64,000 bases of DNA from assembly GCA_964643685.1 (NCBI GenBank), contig CAZXTN010000003.1, forward strand, positions 10,462 through 74,461. Reading direction: 5' to 3'. The position numbers were made by a program, and so were the translations under genes. The stretch is from Candidatus Micrarchaeota archaeon (GTDB taxonomy: Archaea > B1Sed10-29 > JAJRYS01). Within the stretch, counting starts at the first letter, position 1. Each line of letters begins with the position of its first letter. Positions 47,400-56,070 of this stretch are shown here, one piece after another. The notes below the pieces were generated by a model. It was not told the origin of the DNA and made no database searches. It saw only the letters and a list, made by a program, of their open reading frames with translations.

Positions 47400-48152
47400 T
47401 TAAATTTTCAAATCAAATGCCTTGACTGTATTTTTTTCAGTTGCCTTGCTTGCTTCTTCAAAAGTTATTCCCAGTTCAGATGCAATTAAAGCAATTAATT
47501 CGCTTACATTAACAGGCTCGTTCCTCTCCTTTCTGTTGAAAGGGTTCAAGTAAGGCGAATCAGTTTCAGTAAGCAAGTAATCTAACTCAATTTCCTTAAT
47601 TAAATCTTTGGTTTTTCTTGAATACAACGCTTTCGTAGTTACACCTATGAAAAACCCGTTGTCAACAGCTCTTTTAATCAAATCGCTTGAAGCTTCAAAT
47701 GAATGCATTATCACTTGCGTAGCTGCCCCCCTTTCAGCCATTTTCAAAGCATCTTCCTCTGCATTTCTAGAATGAATTACAAGGGGCTTGTTCAAATCAT
47801 TAGCCAATTCAATGAACTTCGTGAAATTTTCTTTTTGCCTGCCATGATTTTCCTTGTCCCAGTAATAATCCAGCCCAACTTCTCCGACAGCAACCATCTT
47901 TTCATGATTCTCTTCAATGAAAGAAATCACTTGACTTAACTTGCTTTCTCTCAAAGTAGTAATAGGTCCTAAGCCGAAGCAGGGAAATACAAAACCAAGG
48001 AACTCTTCGCTTATTCTTAAATTCTTTTCATTTGAAGCAAGAGAATCAGACAAGGTAATTACTGCCGAGAGTTTCTGCTTGGCTCTCTCAATAACTTCAA
48101 TTAAGTCACTGTTGAAACTTGAGTCATCTAAATGTGAATGCGAGTCAATCAT
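47400..48152 (-). CDS. TatD-family hydrolase
   Basis: MIDSHSHLD N-terminus; TIM-barrel metal-binding pattern (HSRNAEED, TETDSPYL). Confidence 0.85.
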   Translation of the reverse strand: MIDSHSHLDDSSFNSDLIEVIERAKQKLSAVITLSDSLASNEKNLRISEEFLGFVFPCFGLGPITTLRESKLSQVISFIEENHEKMVAVGEVGLDYYWDKENHGRQKENFTKFIELANDLNKPLVIHSRNAEEDALKMAERGAATQVIMHSFEASSDLIKRAVDNGFFIGVTTKALYSRKTKDLIKEIELDYLLTETDSPYLNPFNRKERNEPVNVSELIALIASELGITFEEASKATEKNTVKAFDLKI

Positions 48153-48210
48153 TAATTTAAATTAAAACAGTTTAAGTATTTATAAAGGATTTAAGAGTAA
48201 TTGATTAACT

Positions 48211-49245
48211 ATGAATATTAAAAAACTTACAATCACAAGCTTGCTGATAGGAGTGCTTGCTTATGCCTTGATTGGATTTGGCGTGGGCTTACCTGAAGTC
48301 ATAAAAGCGCTTAAGAACGTCAAGTACGAGTACCTATTCTTAGCAGTGTTTGCTTATGCTTTCAGCTTGCTTATGATTACTCTCAGATGGAAGGAAATTA
48401 CAAACAATGCTGGAATTAAAATAAGCACCTGGAAGCTTTACTTAATGACTTTAGCTGGAGTGACTTTCAGCAACATTACACCAAGCTCCAGAATGGGAGG
48501 AGAGCCAATTAAAGCTTACTTTTTAAACAAGCATTCAGGAACTAAAATGAAAACAAGCTTTGCAACAATAGTAAGCGCCAGAATATTCGACGCAATAATC
48601 TTCATGCTTGTATCAATAATCGTTCTAAGCTACTCAGTAATAAACTTGACTCTTCCAAAATACGTCAGCATACTGCTAATAATTTCCCTTGCAATATCAG
48701 TTGGAATAATATGGTTCATTGTATACGTGTCAGTTCAGCCAAAAGCAGCTGAGTCAATAGCAATATGGTTCATCAGAAAATTCAAAAGATTTTCAAAAAC
48801 ACTAAGGACAGAAGGATTTGAAAACAAGATAAAGAAAGAAATAAAAGAATACTCAGAGAACATGAACAAATTCCTTAAAACAAAAAAACTTTGGATAACC
48901 TGCTCAACTTACACTATCCTAATGTGGTTTTTTGACGTGCTTAGAATGTACTTGATTTTCTTCGGATTAGGATTGAACACCAACCCAATGATGCTTTTAA
49001 TGGTCCTTGTACTATCCGGACTGGTTGGAGGAATACCTGTTTTCCCAGGAGGCATAGCAGTTACTGAATCAACAATGATAGTGGCATACAACGCCTTTCA
49101 AATACCATTAGCAGTAGCAGGAATAGCAACAATACTAGACAGAATGGTTTACTTCTGGCTTTATACTTTCCTCGGACTCATCGCAGCTTACAAACTCGGA
49201 ATAAAAAAATACGAAAAAGAACAATCAAAAAACAAAGAGTTTTAA
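48211..49245 (+). CDS. Integral membrane protein, UPF0104 / lysylphosphatidylglycerol-synthase-like flippase domain
   Basis: 344 aa, about 8 TM helices; LRWKEI...RMGGEPIKAYFL pattern. Family assignment from memory, unverified. Confidence 0.5.
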   Translation: MNIKKLTITSLLIGVLAYALIGFGVGLPEVIKALKNVKYEYLFLAVFAYAFSLLMITLRWKEITNNAGIKISTWKLYLMTLAGVTFSNITPSSRMGGEPIKAYFLNKHSGTKMKTSFATIVSARIFDAIIFMLVSIIVLSYSVINLTLPKYVSILLIISLAISVGIIWFIVYVSVQPKAAESIAIWFIRKFKRFSKTLRTEGFENKIKKEIKEYSENMNKFLKTKKLWITCSTYTILMWFFDVLRMYLIFFGLGLNTNPMMLLMVLVLSGLVGGIPVFPGGIAVTESTMIVAYNAFQIPLAVAGIATILDRMVYFWLYTFLGLIAAYKLGIKKYEKEQSKNKEF

Positions 49246-49336
49246 ATAATCAAAACAATTATAAAAAAAGACCAAGTTAATAAAAAACAAGGAAACATCA
49301 AAAAAAAATTAAAAACAGCAATCGGAGGATGTTTAA

Positions 49337-49732
49337 ATGTCAGTTACAGTTGGACAAGTAAAAGACTTGAAAGAAGGAAGGTACGTCGTAATAGATGGAG
49401 AACCATGCAAAATAACTTCTATTCAAAAATCAAAGCCAGGTAAACACGGCTCAGCAAAAGCAAGAGTCGAAGGAGTATCCTTATTCAGCGGAAGCAAAAA
49501 AACACTTTTGAAAAGCGTTGACTCCTCATGCGAAATACCAGAACTCCTAAGAAAAAAAGCACAAGTAATAGCAAACCTTGGGGGAAACAGGCTTCAATTA
49601 ATGGACTTGGAAACCTACGAAACATACGAAATTGACGTGGACCCAGAATACGCTGACTTGCAATCAGGCAGAGAAGTAGAAGTCCAAGAAATCATGGGAA
49701 GAAGATTCTTGACTCATGCCAAAAAGGAATAA
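49337..49732 (+). CDS. Translation initiation factor 5A (aIF5A)
   Basis: KSKPGKHGSAKARV hypusine-site motif; 131 aa. Confidence 0.9.
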   Translation: MSVTVGQVKDLKEGRYVVIDGEPCKITSIQKSKPGKHGSAKARVEGVSLFSGSKKTLLKSVDSSCEIPELLRKKAQVIANLGGNRLQLMDLETYETYEIDVDPEYADLQSGREVEVQEIMGRRFLTHAKKE

Positions 49733-50196
49733 TAGCTCTTCAAAATTATTTTTTCTTTTAGGGCGTGTTTTTCTTTTCCACAGGGTACACAGAAAAAGAA
49801 AAAGCGCGACGGAGGTTCCTAACACACGCAAAGAAAGAATAAGACTTTCTTCAAACTTACTTTTTTCTTATTTTTTCAAAACCAGCTCCTTTTTTACTTG
49901 AACAAACACCCTATTAGCTTTATTCGTGTATTCAGGGCTTTTGACACCCCCTTACTTCCAGTATTCGGCGCTGAGAGATTTTTTCAGGAAATAAAAGCTT
50001 CTCCGGGCTTTTCGCTTCAAAAAAAGCTGGTAAAACAGGTTTTTTGATTGAATTTTCCTTTTTCTAGCTTTGTTTAAACTGGTTTTAACTTGCTAGTGTT
50101 TGAAAATTATTAAATTAAAATAAAATTTCAACAAAACTAAAACAAGCAAGTTAGTTAACATTATAAGTTAACTTTATATAGTTTGGAACTTATAAT

Positions 50197-50514
50197 ATGA
50201 AAAAAATTGAATTAATAAAAGAACTTTCATTGCCTGAAAGTACAAGCAACAAAATAAAACTAAGAAAAAAGATATTTATTGAAAAATCAAAAGTGAAGCA
50301 GTTTGCTGTCCAACTTGAAATTGAACAAGATAATAAATTCAAGCCAATAATAAGATTTGACGCTTATCATGGCTTTGTTCACAAAGATGAATTTTTCAAA
50401 AACAGGCCTAAGAAAAAAACAAAAATTGCTATAGAAAATTTGAAGGAAGCAGTGGATTTGGCTGAAAAAGATTTGTTAGAAAATCTTGAAATGTATGTGA
50501 GGAGATTTGAATGA
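50197..50514 (+). CDS. Hypothetical small protein (first gene of a two-gene cassette)
   Basis: 105-aa ORF whose stop overlaps the next start (ATGA). Confidence 0.4.
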   Translation: MKKIELIKELSLPESTSNKIKLRKKIFIEKSKVKQFAVQLEIEQDNKFKPIIRFDAYHGFVHKDEFFKNRPKKKTKIAIENLKEAVDLAEKDLLENLEMYVRRFE

Positions 50515-50855
50515 AAAAAGCGAAAGAAGAGATAAAGGATTTTTTCAAACTCGGCAGAAAAATAATAGAAAACCCTGAACTTGCTGAAACAATGCCAAGT
50601 GAAATTTTCATTCCCTCGGGAGTCAAAATTTCTGAAATACTCTCAGAGAAAAGAATAGAACTACTTAGTTTAATTGCCAAACAGCCAAACAAAACAATTA
50701 ATGAACTTTCAAAAGCGACAAAAAGAAAAAAAGAAGCAATTAGCAGAGACATTAAATTTCTTAAAAAACACAACTTAGTTGAAACAAAAAAAAGAGGAAG
50801 GGAAAAACAAGTTAAAACAAGCATTAAATATGTATTAATTCCGATTTCAAACTAA
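50511..50855 (+). CDS. Winged-helix (ArsR/MarR-like) DNA-binding protein
   Basis: 114 aa; RIELLSLIAKQPNKTINELSKATKRKKEAISRDIKFLKKHNLVE helix-turn-helix plus wing. Confidence 0.5.
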   Translation: MKKAKEEIKDFFKLGRKIIENPELAETMPSEIFIPSGVKISEILSEKRIELLSLIAKQPNKTINELSKATKRKKEAISRDIKFLKKHNLVETKKRGREKQVKTSIKYVLIPISN

Positions 50856-50862
50856 AAAGAAA

Positions 50863-51306
50863 TCAATTCCCCCCTTTTCTTTTCTTAAGCTTTGGAGTAA
50901 CATAAGGCAATTTTTTCATTTGAAGGTTTTTCAGCACAAAAACAGTTGGTGCTTCTTCATCAAAACCGTATTTCTCAAACAATTTCCTTGCAGCTGGCGA
51001 AACAGAATTTAAAAAAACAGTTTCAACTCCTTTCTTTTTCAAGTCATCCAAAACCTTCACTAAATTAACTTCAGCTATTTTCTGTCCTCTGAATTCTTCT
51101 AGTGTTTCAACATTTTCCAAATAAGCAGTTTTCTGCTCCTTTGGATAAATGTAATACCTTAAAAAACCAGCTTCTTTCCTTCCTCCCTGCGTGTTAAGGT
51201 AAAGAGTCCTTTTCTTCTCCACATAACCATCTTTAGTTTTCCTTGATTTAACACTAAAACCAAACAACTTTCTCTTACGCATTGACTCACTAGCCATTAC
51301 TTTCAA
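50863..51306 (-). CDS. GNAT-family acetyltransferase-like protein with basic tails
   Basis: FRGQKIAEVNLVKVLDDLKKKG ... LFEKYGF correspond to GNAT motifs A/B; K/R-rich N- and C-termini. Confidence 0.5.
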   Translation of the reverse strand: MKVMASESMRKRKLFGFSVKSRKTKDGYVEKKRTLYLNTQGGRKEAGFLRYYIYPKEQKTAYLENVETLEEFRGQKIAEVNLVKVLDDLKKKGVETVFLNSVSPAARKLFEKYGFDEEAPTVFVLKNLQMKKLPYVTPKLKKRKGGN

Positions 51307-51358
51307 TTAAGCAAAAGAAGTTATTTAAAACTAATTAAAACTCCTCAAAAAAAGCTTT

Positions 51359-51826
51359 TTACTGTTGCTTTTTCTTAACTCTTAAAACAAGAGGGATCTT
51401 CTTCTCCTGCAAGTTTTCAATAACCAAAGGGCCTCCTCTTTTTGATTTTCTTGTAAAGCCAAAATCTTCATACATTTTTTTAGCCATGTCAGTTGGATAC
51501 AAAGCAACAAAATTAACCCCCTTAGCTTTCAAATCAACAAGAGTCTTATACAAATTAAAAGAAGCTACTTTCCTCCTCCTCTCGCTTGGAAAAGTATCCA
51601 CGTGAATAATATAAGAAGTATTATCAGGATTAATAACATACTCAATCGAACCAATTACCCTACCATTTTCCTTAATCTGCCTTTTTTTAACAACAGAACC
51701 ATCTTCAACTTCATACTTTCTAACACTCTGCCTAAACATCTTGCTTTTTCCAGCTTGTTTTGAATACTTAACAGCATCAGCAGCTGAATTCTTCCTAACC
51801 CTTCCAGGAACCTTTTTATTAACCAT
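51359..51826 (-). CDS. GNAT-family acetyltransferase-like protein (tandem paralog)
   Basis: Parallel architecture to the gene at 50863..51306 (ERRRKVASFNLYKTLVDLKAKG ... MYEDFGF). Confidence 0.5.
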   Translation of the reverse strand: MVNKKVPGRVRKNSAADAVKYSKQAGKSKMFRQSVRKYEVEDGSVVKKRQIKENGRVIGSIEYVINPDNTSYIIHVDTFPSERRRKVASFNLYKTLVDLKAKGVNFVALYPTDMAKKMYEDFGFTRKSKRGGPLVIENLQEKKIPLVLRVKKKQQ

Positions 51827-51877
51827 AATACTTTTTAATAAGCAAAAATAACTATTTAAAATTAATTAAAAAAAAGC

Positions 51878-53359
51878 ATGCAGAGTTTGAAAAAAATGGC
51901 TGACGACATAAAATTCAACAAGAAAAAAAACAAAGACTTCTCAGAATGGTACTTTGAACTCTTAAAAGCAGCTGACGTCATAGACCAAAGATACCCAGCA
52001 AAAGGATTCATAGTCCACAAAGAAATAGCTGCAATAGCAGAAAGAGAAATGTACAAATTATTTGAAAAAGAACTAGACAAAACAGGACACAAAATGATGA
52101 GATTCCCAGCAGTCATACCAGAATCAGTATTTGCAAAAGAAGTGGAACACATTGAAGGATTCACACCAGAAGTGTTCTGGATAGAAAAAGGAGGCAACGA
52201 CGAACTCCCTGAAAAAATGGGACTACGTCCAACCTCAGAAACAGCCATGTACACAATGTACTCAAAATGGATAAGAAGCTACAGAGACCTCCCACTCAAA
52301 GTTTACCAAGAAGCGCAAGTATGGAGATACGAAACCAAACACACCCGTCCTTTACTCAGAGACAGGGAATTCTACTGGATAGAAGCGCACAACGTCTTCG
52401 CTTCAAGAGAAGAAGCTGAAAAACAAGTAACAGAAGACATGAACATCACAGAAAAAGTGCTACATGAACAACTAGGCATACCCTTCCTATTCTTCAAGCG
52501 CCCTGAATGGGACAAATTCAACGGAGCAGAATACACTTACGGCGCAGACGTGCTAATGCCAAACGGCTTAGTAATACAACAGCCATCAACCCACTTCCTA
52601 GGGCAAAATTTCTCAAAAGCATATGACATAAAATTCCTAGATGAAGACGAAAAAGAAAAATACGCGTGGCAAACATGCTACGGCCCGGCAATATCAAGAA
52701 TACTCTCATCAGTAATCGCACTGCACGGCGACGACAAAGGACTAATCTTCCCATGGAACATCGCGCCATACCAAGCAGTAATCATACCAATCTACAAAAA
52801 AGACACAGACAAAGAAGCAATAGAAAACAACTGCAAAGAACTGCAAAAACAATTGATTGAAAAAGGAGTTAGAGCAGAAATTGATTTAAGCGAAAAACGC
52901 CCAGGAGCAAAGTACTACTATTGGGAATTAAGAGGAGCATGCATAAGAATAGAAATCGGCGCAAGAGAAGTAGAAAACAAAGAACTTACAATCGCAAGAA
53001 GAGACACAGGAGAAAAAATAAAAATAAAACAAGAAGAACTAGACGCTTACCTTGAAAAACTCCCAAAAGAAATAATTAAAAATTTGAAAACAAAAAGAGA
53101 CGAAGAATTCAAAAACGCGTTGCACGAAGCAAACTCACTTGAAGAATTGAAAAAAGAGTTGGACAAAGGAGGATTCGTTAAAATCAACATTTGTTCAAGA
53201 GACACTGACGGAGAACAATGCGCCGATGTCATAAAAGCAGAAACCAACGGCGGAGAAGTAAGAGGAACACTCCACGGCAAAGAAGAAAAGCCAACAGGAA
53301 ACTGCATAATATGCGGCAAAAAAGCAAACGCAGTAGTATACGTAGCAAAATCATATTAG
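51878..53359 (+). CDS. proS: Prolyl-tRNA synthetase (archaeal/eukaryotic type)
   Basis: FSEWY, LRPTSETAMY, RYETKHTRPLLRDREFYWIEAH (class II motif 2), QTCYG, IHGDDKGLI and the C-terminal zinc motif all match archaeal ProRS. Confidence 0.95.
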   Translation: MQSLKKMADDIKFNKKKNKDFSEWYFELLKAADVIDQRYPAKGFIVHKEIAAIAEREMYKLFEKELDKTGHKMMRFPAVIPESVFAKEVEHIEGFTPEVFWIEKGGNDELPEKMGLRPTSETAMYTMYSKWIRSYRDLPLKVYQEAQVWRYETKHTRPLLRDREFYWIEAHNVFASREEAEKQVTEDMNITEKVLHEQLGIPFLFFKRPEWDKFNGAEYTYGADVLMPNGLVIQQPSTHFLGQNFSKAYDIKFLDEDEKEKYAWQTCYGPAISRILSSVIALHGDDKGLIFPWNIAPYQAVIIPIYKKDTDKEAIENNCKELQKQLIEKGVRAEIDLSEKRPGAKYYYWELRGACIRIEIGAREVENKELTIARRDTGEKIKIKQEELDAYLEKLPKEIIKNLKTKRDEEFKNALHEANSLEELKKELDKGGFVKINICSRDTDGEQCADVIKAETNGGEVRGTLHGKEEKPTGNCIICGKKANAVVYVAKSY

Positions 53360-53606
53360 AAAAACCTTTAAAAACAATTAAAAGCATTAATTGAAAACAG
53401 AAGAGGGTTTTAACGCGACCATGCAACCAAAACAGCCTCTTTCTGAAAAAAACAAATATTGATTAGAGTTGATTATCAAATGGACTTTAAGTTAAAAGAA
53501 AAACGCTGGAACACGGCTTTTCTTTTAAAAAAAGAAAACACCGGGAAAAGAAAACTAACCACATTCGACTACGTCGAAGTGCTTAGAAAAAAAGAGTGGT
53601 GAAGAA

Positions 53607-55916
53607 ATGGACTTTAAGTTAAAAGAAAAACGCTGGAATACTGATATTGAAAACGAGATAAACGAAAAATGGAAGCAGGAAAAATTATACAAATTCAACA
53701 AAAACACAGAAAAAGAGATAATTACAATTGACAACCCACCAGCATACCCAAGCGGACACTGGCACCCCGGCTCAGCAACAGGATACTCATACATAGACAT
53801 GATAGCACGCTACGAAAGAATGAACGGAAAAGAAATCAACTTCCCATACTGCCTTGACAGAAACGGCTTGCCAATTGAAATGGCAGTTGAAAAAAAATAC
53901 AAAAAAAGCGCACACGACTATGACAGGGAAAAATTCCTAAAACTCTGCGAACAAACAATCTCAGAATTCGGAGAAGAAATCAGAACCGGCTACGAAAAAC
54001 TAGGAATATCAGTAGATTACGAAAACTACTACTACACAGACATGGAAGAATACAGAAAACTAACACAAGCAACTTTCATAGAACTATACAAAAAAGGTTT
54101 AATCTATGAAGACGACAGGCCAACAAACTGGTGCACTGGATGCAAAACAACAATAGCAGATTCAGAAATAGAATACAACGAAGGCACAATAAAACTAAAC
54201 AAGTTAAAATTCAAAGTAAAAGAAACAGGAGAAGAAATAGAAATAGCAACAACCCGTCCTGAACTATTATGCGCTTGTGAAACCGTAATATACAATCCAA
54301 AAGATAGCAGGTACAAGCACTTGAACGGAAAACATGCAATCACTCCAATATACGAAAAAGAAGTTTTAATACAACCGCACCCAGCAGCTTCAATGGAATA
54401 CGGCTCAGGCTTAGTAATGATATGCTCATACGGGGACTCAACAGACGTGCAGTTATTCATTGAACTCGGTTTAAAGCCAACAAAGGCAATTGACAAGCAT
54501 AGGAAAATGACAGAAGCAGCTGGAAAATACGCGGGATTAACAGTGCCAGAAGCAAGGGAAAAAATAATCAAAGAACTGGAAGAAACAGGCGTGTTAATAG
54601 GACAAGAAGACACGCCGCACAGGTACCCAATATGCGAAAGATGCCACTCCCCAGTTGAAATCATAGCAATAAAAGAATTCTACTTAAAACAAATAGAGTT
54701 CCTAGACAAAGTAAAAGAGATGGCTGACAAGACAAAATTCTATCCAGCAAAACACAAGCAAATACTCTTCGACTGGATAGACAGCGTGAAAATCGACTGG
54801 CCAATAAGCAGAAGAAGGTACTACGCAACAGAGATACCATTATGGTACTGTGAAAAATGCGGAGAACTCCTCCTCCCAGAACCAGGAGAATATTACCAGC
54901 CATGGAAAAATAACCCGCCTGAAGGAAGCAAGTGTTCAAAATGCGGAGGAACAGAATTCAAAGGAGAAACAAGAGTATTCGACACTTGGATGGACTCCTC
55001 AATATCAAACTTATACGTAAGCGGATACAAAAGAGACGAAGAATTATTTAACAAAACATTTGGAAAAATCATACGCCCACAGGGAAGAGACATTGTAAGA
55101 ACATGGCTCTATTACACAATGCTAAGAAATTACCAGTTGCTTGAACAGCCTGCTTTTGAAAAAGTAATGATACACGGCATGGGCTTAGACGAGCATGGTA
55201 AGAAGATGAGCAAAAGCAAAGGCAACTTTATCTCACCAGAAGAAATGCTTTCAAAATACGGAGCAGACGCTTGGAGATTATGGGCAGCTTCAGAAACAAA
55301 CATGGGAGAAGATTTCAGGATATCAGAAGAAAGAATAAAAGGAGCGTCAAAATTCCTGACAAAACTATGGAACCTAAGCAGGTTCATCTCCACATTTGAA
55401 ATAAAAGAAACAGGAGAATTAAAAAACACGGACCACTGGATACTCGCAGAATTAAACCAATTAATAAAACAAAGTAAAGAAGGATACGAAGAATACAACT
55501 TCTACATCCCAGCTACAAGAATCAAAGAATTTATTTGGAACACTTTCTCATCAAACTATGTTGAAATGGTAAAACCAAGAGCATATGAAGGGGACACAGG
55601 AGCACTATACACCCTGCACACCTGTTTAAAGACAATTTTGAAATTATTAGCTCCAATCACTCCGTTCATAACAGACAAGGTATATAGAGAAGTATATGGA
55701 AAAACAGTACACTTAGAGGCATTCCCAGAGGAGAATGAGAATTGGAACAGCAACTTCAAGGAGTTAACAGAAAAAATAATTGAATTCAATTCAATGGTAT
55801 GGAAGACAAAAAAAGAACAAGGATTATCACTAAACAGCGAAATAGAAGGAATAAAAATACCAAGCGAATTAAAACCATTTGAAGACGACTTAATCAAAAT
55901 GCACAAGTTGAAATAA
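53607..55916 (+). CDS. valS: Class I aminoacyl-tRNA synthetase, ValRS-like (short, 769 aa)
   Basis: The N-terminus resembles archaeal ValRS (IDNPPAYPSGHWHPGS...IDMIARYERMNG...LDRNGLPIEMAVEKK, WCTGCKTTIADSEIEY, KMSKSKGN). The HIGH box is atypical (HWHPGS). Confidence 0.6.
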   Translation: MDFKLKEKRWNTDIENEINEKWKQEKLYKFNKNTEKEIITIDNPPAYPSGHWHPGSATGYSYIDMIARYERMNGKEINFPYCLDRNGLPIEMAVEKKYKKSAHDYDREKFLKLCEQTISEFGEEIRTGYEKLGISVDYENYYYTDMEEYRKLTQATFIELYKKGLIYEDDRPTNWCTGCKTTIADSEIEYNEGTIKLNKLKFKVKETGEEIEIATTRPELLCACETVIYNPKDSRYKHLNGKHAITPIYEKEVLIQPHPAASMEYGSGLVMICSYGDSTDVQLFIELGLKPTKAIDKHRKMTEAAGKYAGLTVPEAREKIIKELEETGVLIGQEDTPHRYPICERCHSPVEIIAIKEFYLKQIEFLDKVKEMADKTKFYPAKHKQILFDWIDSVKIDWPISRRRYYATEIPLWYCEKCGELLLPEPGEYYQPWKNNPPEGSKCSKCGGTEFKGETRVFDTWMDSSISNLYVSGYKRDEELFNKTFGKIIRPQGRDIVRTWLYYTMLRNYQLLEQPAFEKVMIHGMGLDEHGKKMSKSKGNFISPEEMLSKYGADAWRLWAASETNMGEDFRISEERIKGASKFLTKLWNLSRFISTFEIKETGELKNTDHWILAELNQLIKQSKEGYEEYNFYIPATRIKEFIWNTFSSNYVEMVKPRAYEGDTGALYTLHTCLKTILKLLAPITPFITDKVYREVYGKTVHLEAFPEENENWNSNFKELTEKIIEFNSMVWKTKKEQGLSLNSEIEGIKIPSELKPFEDDLIKMHKLK

Positions 55917-56013
55917 AAAAAATGAGCACTAAGCGAAGCGCATGTGGTCAGCAGGGGGATCAGGATATCCCTAAAACTGAGGGGGACGGCAAGTCCCCCG
56001 CGGTTTGGATTGG
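55917..56013 (+). repeat. GC-rich structured element, copy C, inserted directly after the ValRS stop
   Basis: aaaaATGAGCACTAAGCGAAGCGCATGTGGTCAGCAGGGGGATCAGGATATCCCTAAAACTGAGGGGGACGGCAAGTCCCCCGCGGTTTGGATTGG; flanked by 25-bp imperfect direct repeats at 55896..55920 and 56016..56040. Confidence 0.8.
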
Positions 56014-56070
56014 AAAAAATGCACAAGTTAAAATGAAAAAAGTGAAAACCAAAAGTGGTGAATAGATAAA

